Assembly (NCBI GenBank): GCA_028534125.1
Contig: CM052817.1
Location: forward strand, 77,750,001 to 77,814,000
Direction: 5' to 3'
Origin: Lama glama
Taxonomy: Eukaryota
Length of the DNA stretch: 64,000 nt
The position numbers and the translations under genes are program-made. Positions within the stretch are counted from its first letter, which is position 1; every line of letters starts with the position of its first letter. Positions 63,865 to 64,000 of this stretch are shown here, in pieces. The notes under the pieces were generated by a model, which had not been told where the DNA came from, did no database searches, and saw nothing but the letters and a program-made list of their open reading frames with translations.

Positions 63865-64000
63865 AAGCTTGTTCTATCACACTTTCCTGTACATTTCGCA
63901 ATACCTCATCTCTTGTCTCTGCATGTCCCTAGATAGAATGTTTTCCTTTCTGCCTGCCCTTGAATTGGCTGATTCCTTCTCTAAAAGTCTAAGTTCAGAC

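Noticed and set aside
1..64000. A novel multi-gene, CRISPR-like or defence system
   Set aside because: The DNA is eukaryotic and repeat-dominated. I saw no long ORFs, operon structure, or regularly spaced direct repeats with unique spacers.

Overview
This is mammalian nuclear DNA, not a prokaryotic locus. It is AT-rich, CpG-depleted and made mostly of decayed interspersed repeats: L1, L2, MIR, MaLR/ERV LTRs and hAT and Tigger-type DNA transposon fossils. There is a 500-N assembly gap at 26767-27266. A tRNA-derived SINE matching my recollection of the camelid Vic-1 family (26237-26366) suggests a camel, alpaca or llama genome. I could not identify any host protein-coding gene with confidence. 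The ORF track consists of chance ORFs, low-complexity ORFs and L1 ORF2 remnants. I found no evidence for a novel multi-gene system. The best-supported notable structures are: (i) a three-layer nest in which a GC-rich mRNA-3'UTR-like retrocopy (AATAAA, A-run, TSD) sits inside a hAT MITE that sits inside an older hAT transposase fossil (14338-16040); (ii) a decayed ERV-L class gag with its LTR (27267-29020, minus strand); (iii) a 5'-inverted L1 with a perfect 13-bp TSD (38873-40502); (iv) two ~55-bp L1 3'-tip insertions truncated at nearly the same point; (v) CTCF-like motifs and a TAATCC cluster in non-repetitive DNA; (vi) low-confidence, phase-compatible candidate exons at 59.5-61.8 kb. Repeat family names come from recalled consensus sequences, not from a database search, and boundaries of the old repeats are approximate.
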